In this document: positions 47,503 through 57,233 of the stretch, in pieces
Layout: the number at the start of each line of letters is the position of its first letter
How positions within the stretch are numbered: position 1 is the stretch's first letter
Assembly (NCBI GenBank): GCA_043765195.1
Contig: JAYUJN010000016.1
Span: forward strand, 17,761-81,760
Origin: Bacteroidota bacterium
GTDB lineage: Bacteria > Bacteroidota > Bacteroidia > UBA7662 > JAYUJN01
Direction of reading: 5' to 3'
Length of the DNA stretch: 64,000 nt
Position numbers and translations under genes: made by a program
The notes under the pieces: model-generated
Seen by the model: only the letters and a program-made list of their open reading frames with translations
The model's database searches: none
Told to the model about the DNA's origin: nothing

Positions 47503-47620
47503 AAACAACAAACGACTCCAATAACGAGCGGATACTTAAGCAAACTCAGTACGTATTACATCTGTACTTCCAATACCATACCCTATAAATAACAACCCAA
47601 AGCAATTACCACAAAACTGA

Positions 47621-48253
47621 ATGCAAAAACTCATCGCCATAGAAGGCAACATAGGTGCTGGAAAAACCTCGCTGGCATACAAATTAGCCGCCGACTTCCA
47701 AGCCGAAATTTTATTGGAACAATTCGAGGACAACCCGTTTTTAGCCGATTTTTACAAAAACCCGACCCAACACGCATTTACGACCGAAACCCATTTTTTG
47801 ATACAGCGTTACAACCAAATTCAGAACCAATACCAACGCCTAAGCGAGCAAAACAAGCCGATAATCGCCGATTTTTGCTTTTGGAAATCGCTCATTTTTG
47901 CCCAAAAAACCCTGCCTGCGCTCGAGTACGAGCTGTTTCGCAGCCTCTTCGAGGTTATAAATACCCGCCTGCCCAAGCCCGACCTGCTCATTTACATCAC
48001 CCGCAGCCCCACCAACTTGCTGCAAAACATACACCAGCGCAACAGGGCTTACGAGCAGTACATCACCCCCGATTATTTGTCTATTATAGAGCAAGGATAC
48101 CACGATTTTTTGCAGTTGCACCACGGTTTTCCGTGCGTTTTGGTAAACGCCACCGACTTAGACCTGCTGCACAACCCCGAGCATTATGCCCAAATTACGG
48201 CACTTTTGCAGGGCATTTTAGTACAGCATACCAGCCACACAGGCGCACATTAA
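47621..48253 (+). CDS. Deoxynucleoside kinase
   Basis: 210 aa with the P-loop IAIEGNIGAGKTSL and dNK family layout. Confidence 0.88.
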   Translation: MQKLIAIEGNIGAGKTSLAYKLAADFQAEILLEQFEDNPFLADFYKNPTQHAFTTETHFLIQRYNQIQNQYQRLSEQNKPIIADFCFWKSLIFAQKTLPALEYELFRSLFEVINTRLPKPDLLIYITRSPTNLLQNIHQRNRAYEQYITPDYLSIIEQGYHDFLQLHHGFPCVLVNATDLDLLHNPEHYAQITALLQGILVQHTSHTGAH

Positions 48254-49678
48254 GCAAGCCACCGTGCCGCCGATGAGGGCTTTTATGCCCAGCTCGGTGA
48301 GGTTGCGCCGCTGCGTGGGTGCAAGCTGGCTGATGCCGCCTATTTGTATGCCGATGCTAGCAAAATTGGCAAAACCACTCAGCGCATACGTAACGATGAG
48401 CAACGATTTGGGGTCGAACACAATGCCTGCCGCACGCATTTTGGCGAGGCTACCGTAGGCATAAAACTCGTTTATAATCGTTTTTTCGCCCAAGAGCTGC
48501 CCCACATTCAGTATGTCTTTTGGGTGCGTGCCTATGAGCCACGCCAGCGGCGCAAACACATAACCAAACACCATTTTGAACGAAAACTCGGTGTATTGCC
48601 CGTTTGTGCCTTGGGCTATAAGGTCGTTTAGGGAGGTAAACGACAGCCCAAAAATATGGTTTATGCCGCCAAACCAACCCAGCATGGCGTTCGCCACAGC
48701 CATCAATGCCGTAAAAACCACCAGCATCGCCGCCACATTGGCAGCCAGTTTTAGCCCGTCAGTCGTGCCGTTGCTTATGGCATCGAGGGCGTTGTCGCCT
48801 ATATTTTCTTTGGGGATAGGCACATAAGCCTCCACTTTTTCGGTTTGGGGAAAAAGAATTTTACTACACACAATGGCAGCGGGCGCACTCATAATGCTCT
48901 GCGAAAGCAAATGCAGCGCAAAAAACTGCTGCTGCGCAGGGTCGCTGCCGCCCAGCATACCCACATACGCCGCCAGCACGCTGCCAGCCGTATTCGCCAT
49001 GCCGCCCACCATCACGCACAAAATTTCGGACTTGCTCATGCCCGCCAAGTACGGTCGCACCATGAGCGGCGCTTCGGTCTGACCCAAAAAAATGTTGGCT
49101 GCCGTAGATAAACTTTCGGCACCCGATAGGTTCATTATTTTGCTCAAAAGCCACGAAAAAAACTTTACAATAACCTGCAAAACGCCCAAATAATACAACA
49201 AAGACGAAGCAGCCGCAAAAAATATAATATTCGGTAATACCTGAATAGCAAACACATAGCCCCAATTTTGCTTAAAATCCGCCAAGTTTCCGAATATAAA
49301 CTCCGTTCCTTGGTGCGAAAGATTTATCATGGATACAAACACATTGGAAGCCGACTCTATAATCATTTTAAAACTATTTTTGGGTATCCAGCCCAAAATC
49401 ACGCCCACCGAAACCAGCAGCACGCCCGCCGAAATAAGCCTCGAGCGCAGGGAGGCAGTTTTCGCAATTTCTTTTCTGACCGTGATGTAAACAAAAATAA
49501 CCGCCAAAACAACCCAAAACGGCAGCGGATTTAAAATGCCCAGCGCAAACATAATTTGGGCAAAAACGCCCACGCCGACTAATTTCCAGTCTATCGCACG
49601 GCGGTTGTTGCTAAACGCATAGCAAATGGCTAAAAGGGCTATAAGTCCTACAATTCCACGGATTAAATTCATGTACAT
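48218..49678 (-). CDS. nupC: NupC/CNT-family Na+/H+ nucleoside transporter
   Basis: 486 aa, polytopic, with CNT family blocks (GTEFIFG, FAANIFLGQTEAPL, GFANFASIGIQIGG). It is convergent with the dNK gene and overlaps it by 36 nt. Confidence 0.88.
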   Translation of the reverse strand: MYMNLIRGIVGLIALLAICYAFSNNRRAIDWKLVGVGVFAQIMFALGILNPLPFWVVLAVIFVYITVRKEIAKTASLRSRLISAGVLLVSVGVILGWIPKNSFKMIIESASNVFVSMINLSHQGTEFIFGNLADFKQNWGYVFAIQVLPNIIFFAAASSLLYYLGVLQVIVKFFSWLLSKIMNLSGAESLSTAANIFLGQTEAPLMVRPYLAGMSKSEILCVMVGGMANTAGSVLAAYVGMLGGSDPAQQQFFALHLLSQSIMSAPAAIVCSKILFPQTEKVEAYVPIPKENIGDNALDAISNGTTDGLKLAANVAAMLVVFTALMAVANAMLGWFGGINHIFGLSFTSLNDLIAQGTNGQYTEFSFKMVFGYVFAPLAWLIGTHPKDILNVGQLLGEKTIINEFYAYGSLAKMRAAGIVFDPKSLLIVTYALSGFANFASIGIQIGGISQLAPTQRRNLTELGIKALIGGTVACLMCACVAGMLY

Positions 49679-49808
49679 TTATTTTTTATGGGCTGCCAAA
49701 TTACATATTTTTTCTTGTAATAAAGCATTTTTGTGTTTTTTCGGGTAAATTTCCCCAAATTTATGACTTTGTTTCGGTTTTTTTGGTCGTTTTAAACGCT
49801 GTTGGTTA

Positions 49809-50537
49809 CTATGCGGCTTTTTTTTGCAAAAAAGCTACGTGGCAAATCGGCGTACCCAAGCCCAAACGCTTGTAAAAAAAATCTTGGCAATGAAGGTAAA
49901 AAGGCAACACAATTTTTAGGTATTTTTCTTCCACCCGCCCCGTGCGGCGCACAAAAGCCGTGGGTTTTAGGTGTTTTAGCTCAAAGCCTCGTGCCGCAAA
50001 ATAGCTCTGGTACTCCTGCGGACGAATTACAAACTGGTTGATGTTGGGTTCTAACTGCTGAAAAATGCGATAGTCCTCCGTGTCGGGGTTGGGGTTTACG
50101 ACCACGAGCCAGCCGTCGTCGGGCAAATTTTTGTGTATTTGCGCCAGTAGCTCGTCTTGGTTCGTAATTACGGTCAGCACACAAATCATACAAAAAACAT
50201 CAAACGGATAGTTTGCAGGCAAAATTTCGTGGATATTTCGCACCTCAAAGCGCAGGTTATCAAACTGCTTAAAATTTTCTTTGGCTCGCTCTATGCAGTC
50301 CGCATCTAACTCATAACCAACGATTTGCGTATTCGGTATCTTGGCAAAATTCGCACTCGTTTCGCCCCAGCCACAGCCAGCATCTATGATGGTAAGCGGC
50401 TTGTTCAGCCCTTTAAAAAAGCGGGTTATAATCCTAGAATAGTTGTACTGCGGGTAAAAATACGGCGACAACTCAAACATAAGTTTGTCTTTTATTCGTC
50501 GGGTAAATCCTGGATTTTGTTCTAATTTTTTAGTCAT
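49809..50537 (-). CDS. Class I SAM-dependent methyltransferase
   Basis: 242 aa with motif I IIDAGCGWGE. Its start overlaps the stop of the upstream GT4 gene (ATGA). Confidence 0.8.
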   Translation of the reverse strand: MTKKLEQNPGFTRRIKDKLMFELSPYFYPQYNYSRIITRFFKGLNKPLTIIDAGCGWGETSANFAKIPNTQIVGYELDADCIERAKENFKQFDNLRFEVRNIHEILPANYPFDVFCMICVLTVITNQDELLAQIHKNLPDDGWLVVVNPNPDTEDYRIFQQLEPNINQFVIRPQEYQSYFAARGFELKHLKPTAFVRRTGRVEEKYLKIVLPFYLHCQDFFYKRLGLGTPICHVAFLQKKAA

Positions 50538-51709
50538 TTTATTTTTATTACTTCTGTATAAATATCGAGTGTTTTTAGCATAATTGTATTTGCCGAAAAC
50601 CTATTTTTGGCATCATTTCTTAGGGCAATGGGGTCGTATTTGTGGTAGTTTTGGTACATTTCCAGCATGGCATTTGCAAAGGTTTCTACCTCAAAATCTG
50701 GCACCAAAATGCCGTTTTGTGGCGTAACAATGTCCTGCGGACCCGCACTGTTGGTGGATATGAGCGGCTTGCCCGCCGCCAGCGCCTCTATAAGCACCAC
50801 GCCAAAACTCTCGTAAAAACTGGTAAACGCATATACTTGGCACTGCTGCATTTGCGCCGCCACTTGCGCCCTATCGAGGTAGCCCAAAAAAGCAATTTTA
50901 TGGCTCAGTCCGAGCTGCGCCACGTATTCTTTTAGGCTCGCAAGGTCTTCGCCCTCGCCGCCTATCGCCAGTTTTGCACTGGGTATTTGGCTATGAATTT
51001 TCGCAAAAGCATCTATGAGCAACTGAATGTTTTTGCGCCAATAAATAAAACTAATGCTCAAAAAAGTAAAACTTTCGGTTTTGGGGGGCAAGTCCAAAAT
51101 CGGAATGTTCAAAAAATCGTCCTTTACCATATTCGGCATCACACCCAAAACTTGGGGCGCAAGTTGTAGCTTTTTAGTCAAATCTGCGGCAAACTGCGAA
51201 CTTACCACGAGCGATTTTTGGGCGTTTTCCAGCACTTTTTTGGCTGTGCGCAATTCCGTTTTGTTTATGATGGCGTTGCCGTTTTTTTCGGTTATAAAAT
51301 CCGTGTTGTGTTCGCTCAATACCAGCGGAATGTTGTGTTTTTGAGCGAGGTATTGGGCTGCTATGCCCGCATAAAACACGCAATGTGCGTGTATCACGTC
51401 TGGTTTTCCGAACTGTTTTATGTAGCCCTCAAACCATTTGCCCACAAATTTTGAGAATAAATAATACGACAATTGCCTAAGTCTTGGCTGGTATGGGCTC
51501 CAATAGACATTAAAAGTAAGCAAACCGTCGTCGTTTATTTGGGTTACGCTATTGTTTTTTTTTATAAAATTAAATGGCAATAAAACTGGGTAAAGCACCC
51601 TTACCTCATGCCCCAAGAGCTGTAAGGCTCGGGCTTGCTCCTCAAAAAAAGAGCCATACACGGGCGTTTGCGGCGATTTATACCAAGATGGAACTACGAG
51701 AATATGCAC
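50534..51709 (-). CDS. Glycosyltransferase family 4
   Basis: 391 aa with a GTG start. It has a GT-B fold and the C-terminal ESFGVVLIEALAAGKPLIST (E-x7-E region). Confidence 0.85.
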   Translation of the reverse strand: MHILVVPSWYKSPQTPVYGSFFEEQARALQLLGHEVRVLYPVLLPFNFIKKNNSVTQINDDGLLTFNVYWSPYQPRLRQLSYYLFSKFVGKWFEGYIKQFGKPDVIHAHCVFYAGIAAQYLAQKHNIPLVLSEHNTDFITEKNGNAIINKTELRTAKKVLENAQKSLVVSSQFAADLTKKLQLAPQVLGVMPNMVKDDFLNIPILDLPPKTESFTFLSISFIYWRKNIQLLIDAFAKIHSQIPSAKLAIGGEGEDLASLKEYVAQLGLSHKIAFLGYLDRAQVAAQMQQCQVYAFTSFYESFGVVLIEALAAGKPLISTNSAGPQDIVTPQNGILVPDFEVETFANAMLEMYQNYHKYDPIALRNDAKNRFSANTIMLKTLDIYTEVIKIK

Positions 51710-51794
51710 AAATTTTCCTTTTTATTAAAATACAAAGTTAAACAAAATAATGATAACTGTTAAAGTTTCTTGCCAAGCATTTTGGCTGCGTTTG

Positions 51795-52532
51795 CTACAA
51801 AAACGCTTTTAATACATCGCTAAATTGCTGCAAAAGCTCTGGCGATTTTTCCAGTACATTGCCCACTACCAAAATATCTGCACCCGCACGGTACAGCTCT
51901 TGGGCTATGGCTGGCGAAGTAATGCCTCCGCCCACGATGATTGGTAGGCTTACTTGCTGGCGCACCGCCTCTATCATGGCTACCGATACGTGGTTTTGTG
52001 CGCCGCTGCCCGCATCTAAATAAATGATTTTTAGCCCCAGCATTTCGCCCGCCATAGCCGTGCAAGCCGCTATTTCGGGCTTGTTGGCGGGTATCGGCTG
52101 GGTGTTGCTTATGTACGAAACCGTGGTGGGCTTGCCGCCATCGATGAGCATATAGCCCGTGGGCAAAATTTCTAAGCCGCTTTGTTTGAGCATGGGTGCC
52201 GCTACTACGTGGCTGCCGATGAGCAGCTCGGCGTTGCGCCCCGAAATGAGCGAAAGCAGCAAAATACCGTCGGCGTTGGGCGTAATTTGGGCGGGGCTAC
52301 CCGGGAAAATCACCACTGGAATGTCCGTGGCTTGCTTTATTTTAGCCACCACATCGGCTATGTGCGGCACCGAAACCAAGCTGCCGCCCACAAAAAAGTA
52401 GCCGATATGCAGCCCTTTTACCGCCGCCAAAATCTGTGGCAAGTGCGCAGGTTTGTCGGGGTCTATGAGTATGGCAAGCCGCTTTTTTTGGGCAGCCGTA
52501 CCAGCCACCATATTTTTATAAATATCTTGCAT
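51795..52532 (-). CDS. Geranylgeranylglyceryl phosphate synthase family protein (PcrB/GGGPS)
   Basis: 245 aa with family blocks VIFPGSP, LSLISGRN, IYLDAGSGA and IIVGGGITS. Confidence 0.85.
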   Translation of the reverse strand: MQDIYKNMVAGTAAQKKRLAILIDPDKPAHLPQILAAVKGLHIGYFFVGGSLVSVPHIADVVAKIKQATDIPVVIFPGSPAQITPNADGILLLSLISGRNAELLIGSHVVAAPMLKQSGLEILPTGYMLIDGGKPTTVSYISNTQPIPANKPEIAACTAMAGEMLGLKIIYLDAGSGAQNHVSVAMIEAVRQQVSLPIIVGGGITSPAIAQELYRAGADILVVGNVLEKSPELLQQFSDVLKAFL

Positions 52533-52537
52533 AGCTG

Positions 52538-55180
52538 TTATAGTAGGTTTTGCAAGGCTATTTCTAAGGCTTTTATTTTGTGCTGCGCATCGGCTTGCTT
52601 GTTGCGCTCGTTTTGCAGCACGCTGTCGGGTGCGTTACCCACAAATTTTTCGTTGCTCAATTTACGCTCCACGCTCTCCAAAAAACCTTTTTGGTATTCT
52701 ATTTCTTTTTGTAAACGCTCTTTTTCGGCGGCTACATCTATTTTATTGCCCAAATCTAAGTAGCATTCGTAGGTATTTACCATAAATTTTGTGTAGCCGC
52801 TCGGCACTTGCGCCCCCAGCGTAAACTCCGATATGTGTGCAAGTTTGGATATTATGCCGCTAAAACGGTCAAACACGCCATTTTCCTCGGCATCAATCTG
52901 TAAATTTAGGGCTTCTTTGGGCGAAATTTGCTTTTGCGCCCGCAGGTTTCTAATACTGCTTATGAGTTCCAACACTTGGTTGGTCTCGTCTATCAAATTT
53001 TTGTCGTAGCTTTCTGTTTTGGGGTAAGGCTCGAGCATCAAAAACTCACCATTTTTGCGCTCGTTTGTGTTTTGCCACAGTTCCTCGGTAATAAAAGGCA
53101 TAAACGGGTGCAGTATTTTGAGCAATTGCTCAAAAATATCGATGGTTGCTTGGTACGTGGCTCGGTCTATTGGCTGCTCGTAAGCGGGCTTTATCATTTC
53201 CAAATAATTGGCGCAATAGTCGTCCCATATCAATTTATACACGTTCATAAGTGCCTCCGAAAGGCGGTATTGGGCATAATCAGCTTCGGTTTGGGCTATC
53301 ACCTGCGCCATTCTGTTGCGCATATAAGCTATGGCAATGTTGTTTTGGGGGCTTTCTCCGTCTATGATTTGCCAGTTTTTTACGAGCCTAAATGCGTTCC
53401 AGAGCTTGTTTGCAAAATTGCGCCCTTGCTCGCAGTAGCTTTGGTCAAAGGGCAGATCGTTGCCCGCTGGCGAGCATATAAGCATACCGAGGCGCACGCC
53501 GTCGGCACCATATTTTTGTATCAGCTCCAAAGGGTCGGGCGAGTTGCCCAGCGATTTGCTCATTTTTCGCCCCAGTTTATCACGCACTATGCCCGTCAAA
53601 TACACGTTTTCAAACGGTTTTTTGCCCGTATATTCGTAGCCTGCTATGACCATGCGTGCCACCCAAAAAAACAAAATTTCGGGTGCCGTAACCAAATCTT
53701 GGGTCGGGTAGTAATAATTAAGCTCTGCGCCGTCGGCTTTTAGCGGCTCGTTGGGTGCTGCCTGCCCAAAACCGTCAAAAACCGAAATAGGCCATAACCA
53801 AGAGCTAAACCAAGTATCCACCACGTCGGGGTCTTGGGTTAGGTCTTGCTCCGTGTATTTTGGGTCGGCATTTTGGTTGGCTATCCCGAGGGCTATTTCT
53901 TTGGTTTCGGCTACTATTATTTCGCCATTTGGCAGGTAATAAGCGGGTATTTGCTGCCCCCACCACAGTTGGCGGCTTATGCACCAGTCTCTTACGTTTT
54001 CGAGCCAGTGTTTGTAGGTATTTTTAAACTTTGCGGGGTGCAGCCGAATTTCGTCGTTCATTACCGCATCGAGTGCGGGCTTGGCTAACGCCTCCATTTT
54101 CAAAAACCACTGCAAACTCAGCCGTGGCTCTACCACTGCGTTGGTGCGCTCCGACCTACCCACTTTGTTTTGGTAGTCTTCTATTTTTTCTATCAATCCA
54201 TTGGTTTGCAGCTCTTTGGCTATTTTTTTTCGCACCACAAAACGGTCTTCCCCCACATAAATTTGGGCGGCTTTGCTCATTGTGCCGTCGTCGTTTAGGG
54301 TATCTATCACGGCTAACTTGTGTTTCAGCCCCAAATTATAGTCGTTTATATCGTGGGCAGGCGTTACTTTTAGGCAGCCAGTACCAAAATCCATGGTAAT
54401 GTATTCGTCGGCAATAATCGGAATTTCACGGTTTATAAGCGGCACAATGCAGGTTTTGCCCACCAAATGCTGGTAGCGAGGGTCGTCGGGGTGTACGCAA
54501 ATCGCCACATCGCCCATAATGGTTTCGGGGCGGGCGGTAGCCACCACTATGTACTCGTTTTCGGCTTGCGAAATCTGGTATTTTACGTAATAAAGTTTGC
54601 TTTGCTCCTCCGTAAAAATCACCTCCTCGTCCGAGAGCGCAGTTTTGCCCTGCGGGTCCCAGTTTATCATGCGCACGCCTTTGTAAATGTGGTTTTTTTG
54701 GTACAAATCCACAAAAACCTTCGTAACCGCCTGCGATAGCTTGGGTTCCATCGTAAAACGGGTTCTGTCCCAGTCGGCAGAAATTCCTATTTTTTGCAAT
54801 TGCGACAGTATTATGTCGCCATATTTTTGCTTCCATTCAAATGCGTGCTGCAAAAACGCCTCACGGCTAATGTCCTTTTTTGCAATGCCTTGGGTCGCCA
54901 GCAGTTGCACCACTTTGGCTTCGGTGGCAATGCTTGCATGGTCGGTTCCTGGCACCCAGCAGGCGTTAAAACCCTTCATTCTCGCCCTACGCACCAGCAC
55001 ATCTTGTATCGTATTGTTTAGCATGTGCCCCATGTGCAGCACGCCCGTAACGTTGGGCGGCGGAATTACCACGGTGTACGGCGTTCGGTGGTCGGGCACA
55101 GATGCAAAACACTTGTGTTCCAGCCACTGCGCATACCATTTATTTTCGGTGTCGTTTGGTTCGTATTTCGTAGAAAGCAT
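52538..55180 (-). CDS. valS: Valine--tRNA ligase
   Basis: 880 aa with the HIGH motif (PPPNVTGVLHMGHMLN), KMSKS (GRKMSKSLGN) and a C-terminal coiled coil. Confidence 0.97.
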   Translation of the reverse strand: MLSTKYEPNDTENKWYAQWLEHKCFASVPDHRTPYTVVIPPPNVTGVLHMGHMLNNTIQDVLVRRARMKGFNACWVPGTDHASIATEAKVVQLLATQGIAKKDISREAFLQHAFEWKQKYGDIILSQLQKIGISADWDRTRFTMEPKLSQAVTKVFVDLYQKNHIYKGVRMINWDPQGKTALSDEEVIFTEEQSKLYYVKYQISQAENEYIVVATARPETIMGDVAICVHPDDPRYQHLVGKTCIVPLINREIPIIADEYITMDFGTGCLKVTPAHDINDYNLGLKHKLAVIDTLNDDGTMSKAAQIYVGEDRFVVRKKIAKELQTNGLIEKIEDYQNKVGRSERTNAVVEPRLSLQWFLKMEALAKPALDAVMNDEIRLHPAKFKNTYKHWLENVRDWCISRQLWWGQQIPAYYLPNGEIIVAETKEIALGIANQNADPKYTEQDLTQDPDVVDTWFSSWLWPISVFDGFGQAAPNEPLKADGAELNYYYPTQDLVTAPEILFFWVARMVIAGYEYTGKKPFENVYLTGIVRDKLGRKMSKSLGNSPDPLELIQKYGADGVRLGMLICSPAGNDLPFDQSYCEQGRNFANKLWNAFRLVKNWQIIDGESPQNNIAIAYMRNRMAQVIAQTEADYAQYRLSEALMNVYKLIWDDYCANYLEMIKPAYEQPIDRATYQATIDIFEQLLKILHPFMPFITEELWQNTNERKNGEFLMLEPYPKTESYDKNLIDETNQVLELISSIRNLRAQKQISPKEALNLQIDAEENGVFDRFSGIISKLAHISEFTLGAQVPSGYTKFMVNTYECYLDLGNKIDVAAEKERLQKEIEYQKGFLESVERKLSNEKFVGNAPDSVLQNERNKQADAQHKIKALEIALQNLL

Positions 55181-55209
55181 TAACTCTTATTTTTTTGATA
55201 CAATGGCTA

Positions 55210-55217
55210 CAAAAGTA
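55210..55217 (-). promoter_or_regulatory. -7 box TACTTTTG upstream of valS
   Basis: The plus strand reads caaaagta, 30 nt upstream of the ATG at 55180. Confidence 0.5.
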
Positions 55218-55329
55218 CAAAAATATGCCCAAATATTGGCAGGTTTCATAAAATTAAGTTCGCCCAGCCGCCAAAACGGGTTTTAAAAACACAAATACCC
55301 GCATTTTGAGCCAGATAGCAACCCATTTT

Positions 55330-55950
55330 TTAGGGTCGCTTGTGTTTTTCCATGGCATCGGCTACATTTTGCGCATTTTCAGTGCCAATGCGCCTAAGCT
55401 CTTTGGTTATGTTCACCAAGTTTTTTTCGTCTCTGTTCTGCGAAAGTTTAGCCGCCGAGTGTATTTCGTCTATCGTTATCTCAAAACCGATGATGCCTTT
55501 TAGGTCTTTTTTTAGCATTTTTTCGGACATAGTACCCACCGAAACGGGGTTCTCCGACGATTTTTCGTACTTATCCACCAGCTTCGTCAAAGAGGCAAGA
55601 AGCCGCTCGCCCGCCACCACTTTTATCCTTCCATAAATATGTACGGCGATGTAGTTCCAAGTTGGTACGTTTTCGTGGTCGTACCACGACGACGAAATAT
55701 AGCTGTGCGCCCCCTGAAAAATCACCAGCACCGCATCGTTTTCCCCAAAGTTTTTCCATTGCGGGTTGCCCCTCGAAATATGCCCCAGCAAAACGTCGTT
55801 GCCCGCCTCATCTTCGCCGAGCATCAGCGGAATGTGCGTAGCCAGCAGTTTGTTGTCCGAGTGGTTTATCAAAATACCGAAACCATTTTTTTCTACAAAC
55901 TCGTATATGTTCTCTAAATTATCGTTTTTGAACTGGGGCGGAATATACAT
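55330..55950 (-). CDS. paiB: FMN-binding negative transcriptional regulator (PaiB family)
   Basis: 206 aa. MYIPPQFKNDN...LATHIPL...GHISRGNPQW is the typical PaiB N-terminus. Confidence 0.8.
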   Translation of the reverse strand: MYIPPQFKNDNLENIYEFVEKNGFGILINHSDNKLLATHIPLMLGEDEAGNDVLLGHISRGNPQWKNFGENDAVLVIFQGAHSYISSSWYDHENVPTWNYIAVHIYGRIKVVAGERLLASLTKLVDKYEKSSENPVSVGTMSEKMLKKDLKGIIGFEITIDEIHSAAKLSQNRDEKNLVNITKELRRIGTENAQNVADAMEKHKRP

Positions 55951-56077
55951 TTTGGGTGTTGTTTAACGTGTTTTAAAAAGCTGGAGGGAGGACGAAAGAA
56001 AGCAAGGAACATACATTACACCTGCCGAAATAATCAATTTTGTAAAATCCGTATTGGTAGTGACATTTGTTTGTCTA

Positions 56078-57160
56078 TCATTGTTCAAGCGCAATTAATT
56101 CGAGTAATTTGTCTGTTAGGTTTTGTCCATTGGCAATTTCAGTCTTAATAAATTCAATTAGTTTGTCCATTTCCATGCGCCAATAAGGAGTTTTTAGTTT
56201 TTTAGATATTGATACATACGCCTTGCTTTTAGGTTTATTCAGTTTTACGAAACCTGCTTTATTTTCTATTTCCAAAAGTTTCTCCATCATAGGAATAATG
56301 TCCGCTATCCACTTTTTGTCGGATTGTGGATAATTATCCATAATCATAAAAGCAAATTTAAGATTATCTCCTTGAATTTCCAACATGGTTGAATATTTAT
56401 TGCCCTGATATTCAATATGTTCTGTTAATGGAAAATCTATCAACGCATCGCCTCTTGTTTCTGTGATACGTCCTGTTCCAATTTTCTCTACTATTGATGC
56501 CAAATATGTTTTTTGTAAAATAGTTTCGAGTTGATTGTCCGCTATAAATTGCTTGTTAGGGTTTTCATAACTCACATTAATCTTTTCACCTTTTGTCTTA
56601 CCCCCATCTTGGAAAACCATATCATAATCTTTTACATTCTTGGTAAAGTCCTCTAAAACTGATGTAAGTCTTTCCAAAAGATTAACGTACTCAGTAATAA
56701 TTACTGAATGAGTGTCATTATTATTTAGTTCAACTAATTTTAGGGCTTTGTAAACATCAGTATATGTTATTCTGTTCCAATAATTGTCGTTGTGATTGGT
56801 TTTTTCTCCAATTAAAGTCAAAAAGTAAAAGTGTTTGGTATAGCCTCGAAATTCTTCTTCACAATAATTTTTATAGGTATGTAATTGGTCAGAATGTTGC
56901 GAAGATTTGATTTTGTTTTCAATTACAATTATTTCCTTGTCCGTTTGAATTAAAATATCAATTTTTCCTCGTTCAGTTTGAGTGTTTAAAATGTTACCAA
57001 TATTCTCGAGCTTGAAGATTTCCTTTATAAGTTGATTTCTTTGTCTTGAGTTCAATGCCGTACAATCGTTTGAAAAAAGCCAAGCGAAAACCTGTGAATG
57101 AATTCGTTCAATATCTGCAATTCCTAAATATTCAAAGAATGATTTTTTGTCTGACATCAT
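56078..57160 (-). CDS. PD-(D/E)XK nuclease superfamily protein (orphan)
   Basis: 360 aa and AT-rich. N-terminal ERIHSQVFAWLFS is followed by GKIDILIQTDKEIIVIENKIKSSQHSDQL, i.e. D...E-x-K then Q/H, a layout I associate with PDDEXK-family orphan nucleases. Confidence 0.65.
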   Translation of the reverse strand: MMSDKKSFFEYLGIADIERIHSQVFAWLFSNDCTALNSRQRNQLIKEIFKLENIGNILNTQTERGKIDILIQTDKEIIVIENKIKSSQHSDQLHTYKNYCEEEFRGYTKHFYFLTLIGEKTNHNDNYWNRITYTDVYKALKLVELNNNDTHSVIITEYVNLLERLTSVLEDFTKNVKDYDMVFQDGGKTKGEKINVSYENPNKQFIADNQLETILQKTYLASIVEKIGTGRITETRGDALIDFPLTEHIEYQGNKYSTMLEIQGDNLKFAFMIMDNYPQSDKKWIADIIPMMEKLLEIENKAGFVKLNKPKSKAYVSISKKLKTPYWRMEMDKLIEFIKTEIANGQNLTDKLLELIALEQ

Positions 57161-57221
57161 TTAATAAGTCAATAGGTTAAAAATGGTAAGGTTGTTGATT
57201 TGGGTTGGTTTTTTCCGCTTG

Positions 57222-57232
57222 CCCCCCCCCCC
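57222..57232. repeat. Homopolymeric C11 tract (G11 on the coding strand of the downstream nuclease gene)
   Basis: Read directly as gCCCCCCCCCCCa. The corresponding tract in the right repeat copy (58106-58115) is interrupted: CCCCCCCTCC. Confidence 0.9.
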
Positions 57233-57233
57233 A

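Noticed and set aside
42700-47530. An integron-like gene-cassette array, suggested by five same-strand genes with short related spacers.
   Set aside because: There is no intI-type integrase gene in the window. I found no attC-like imperfect inverted repeats with GTTRRRY core sites at the junctions. One junction is only 17 nt long.
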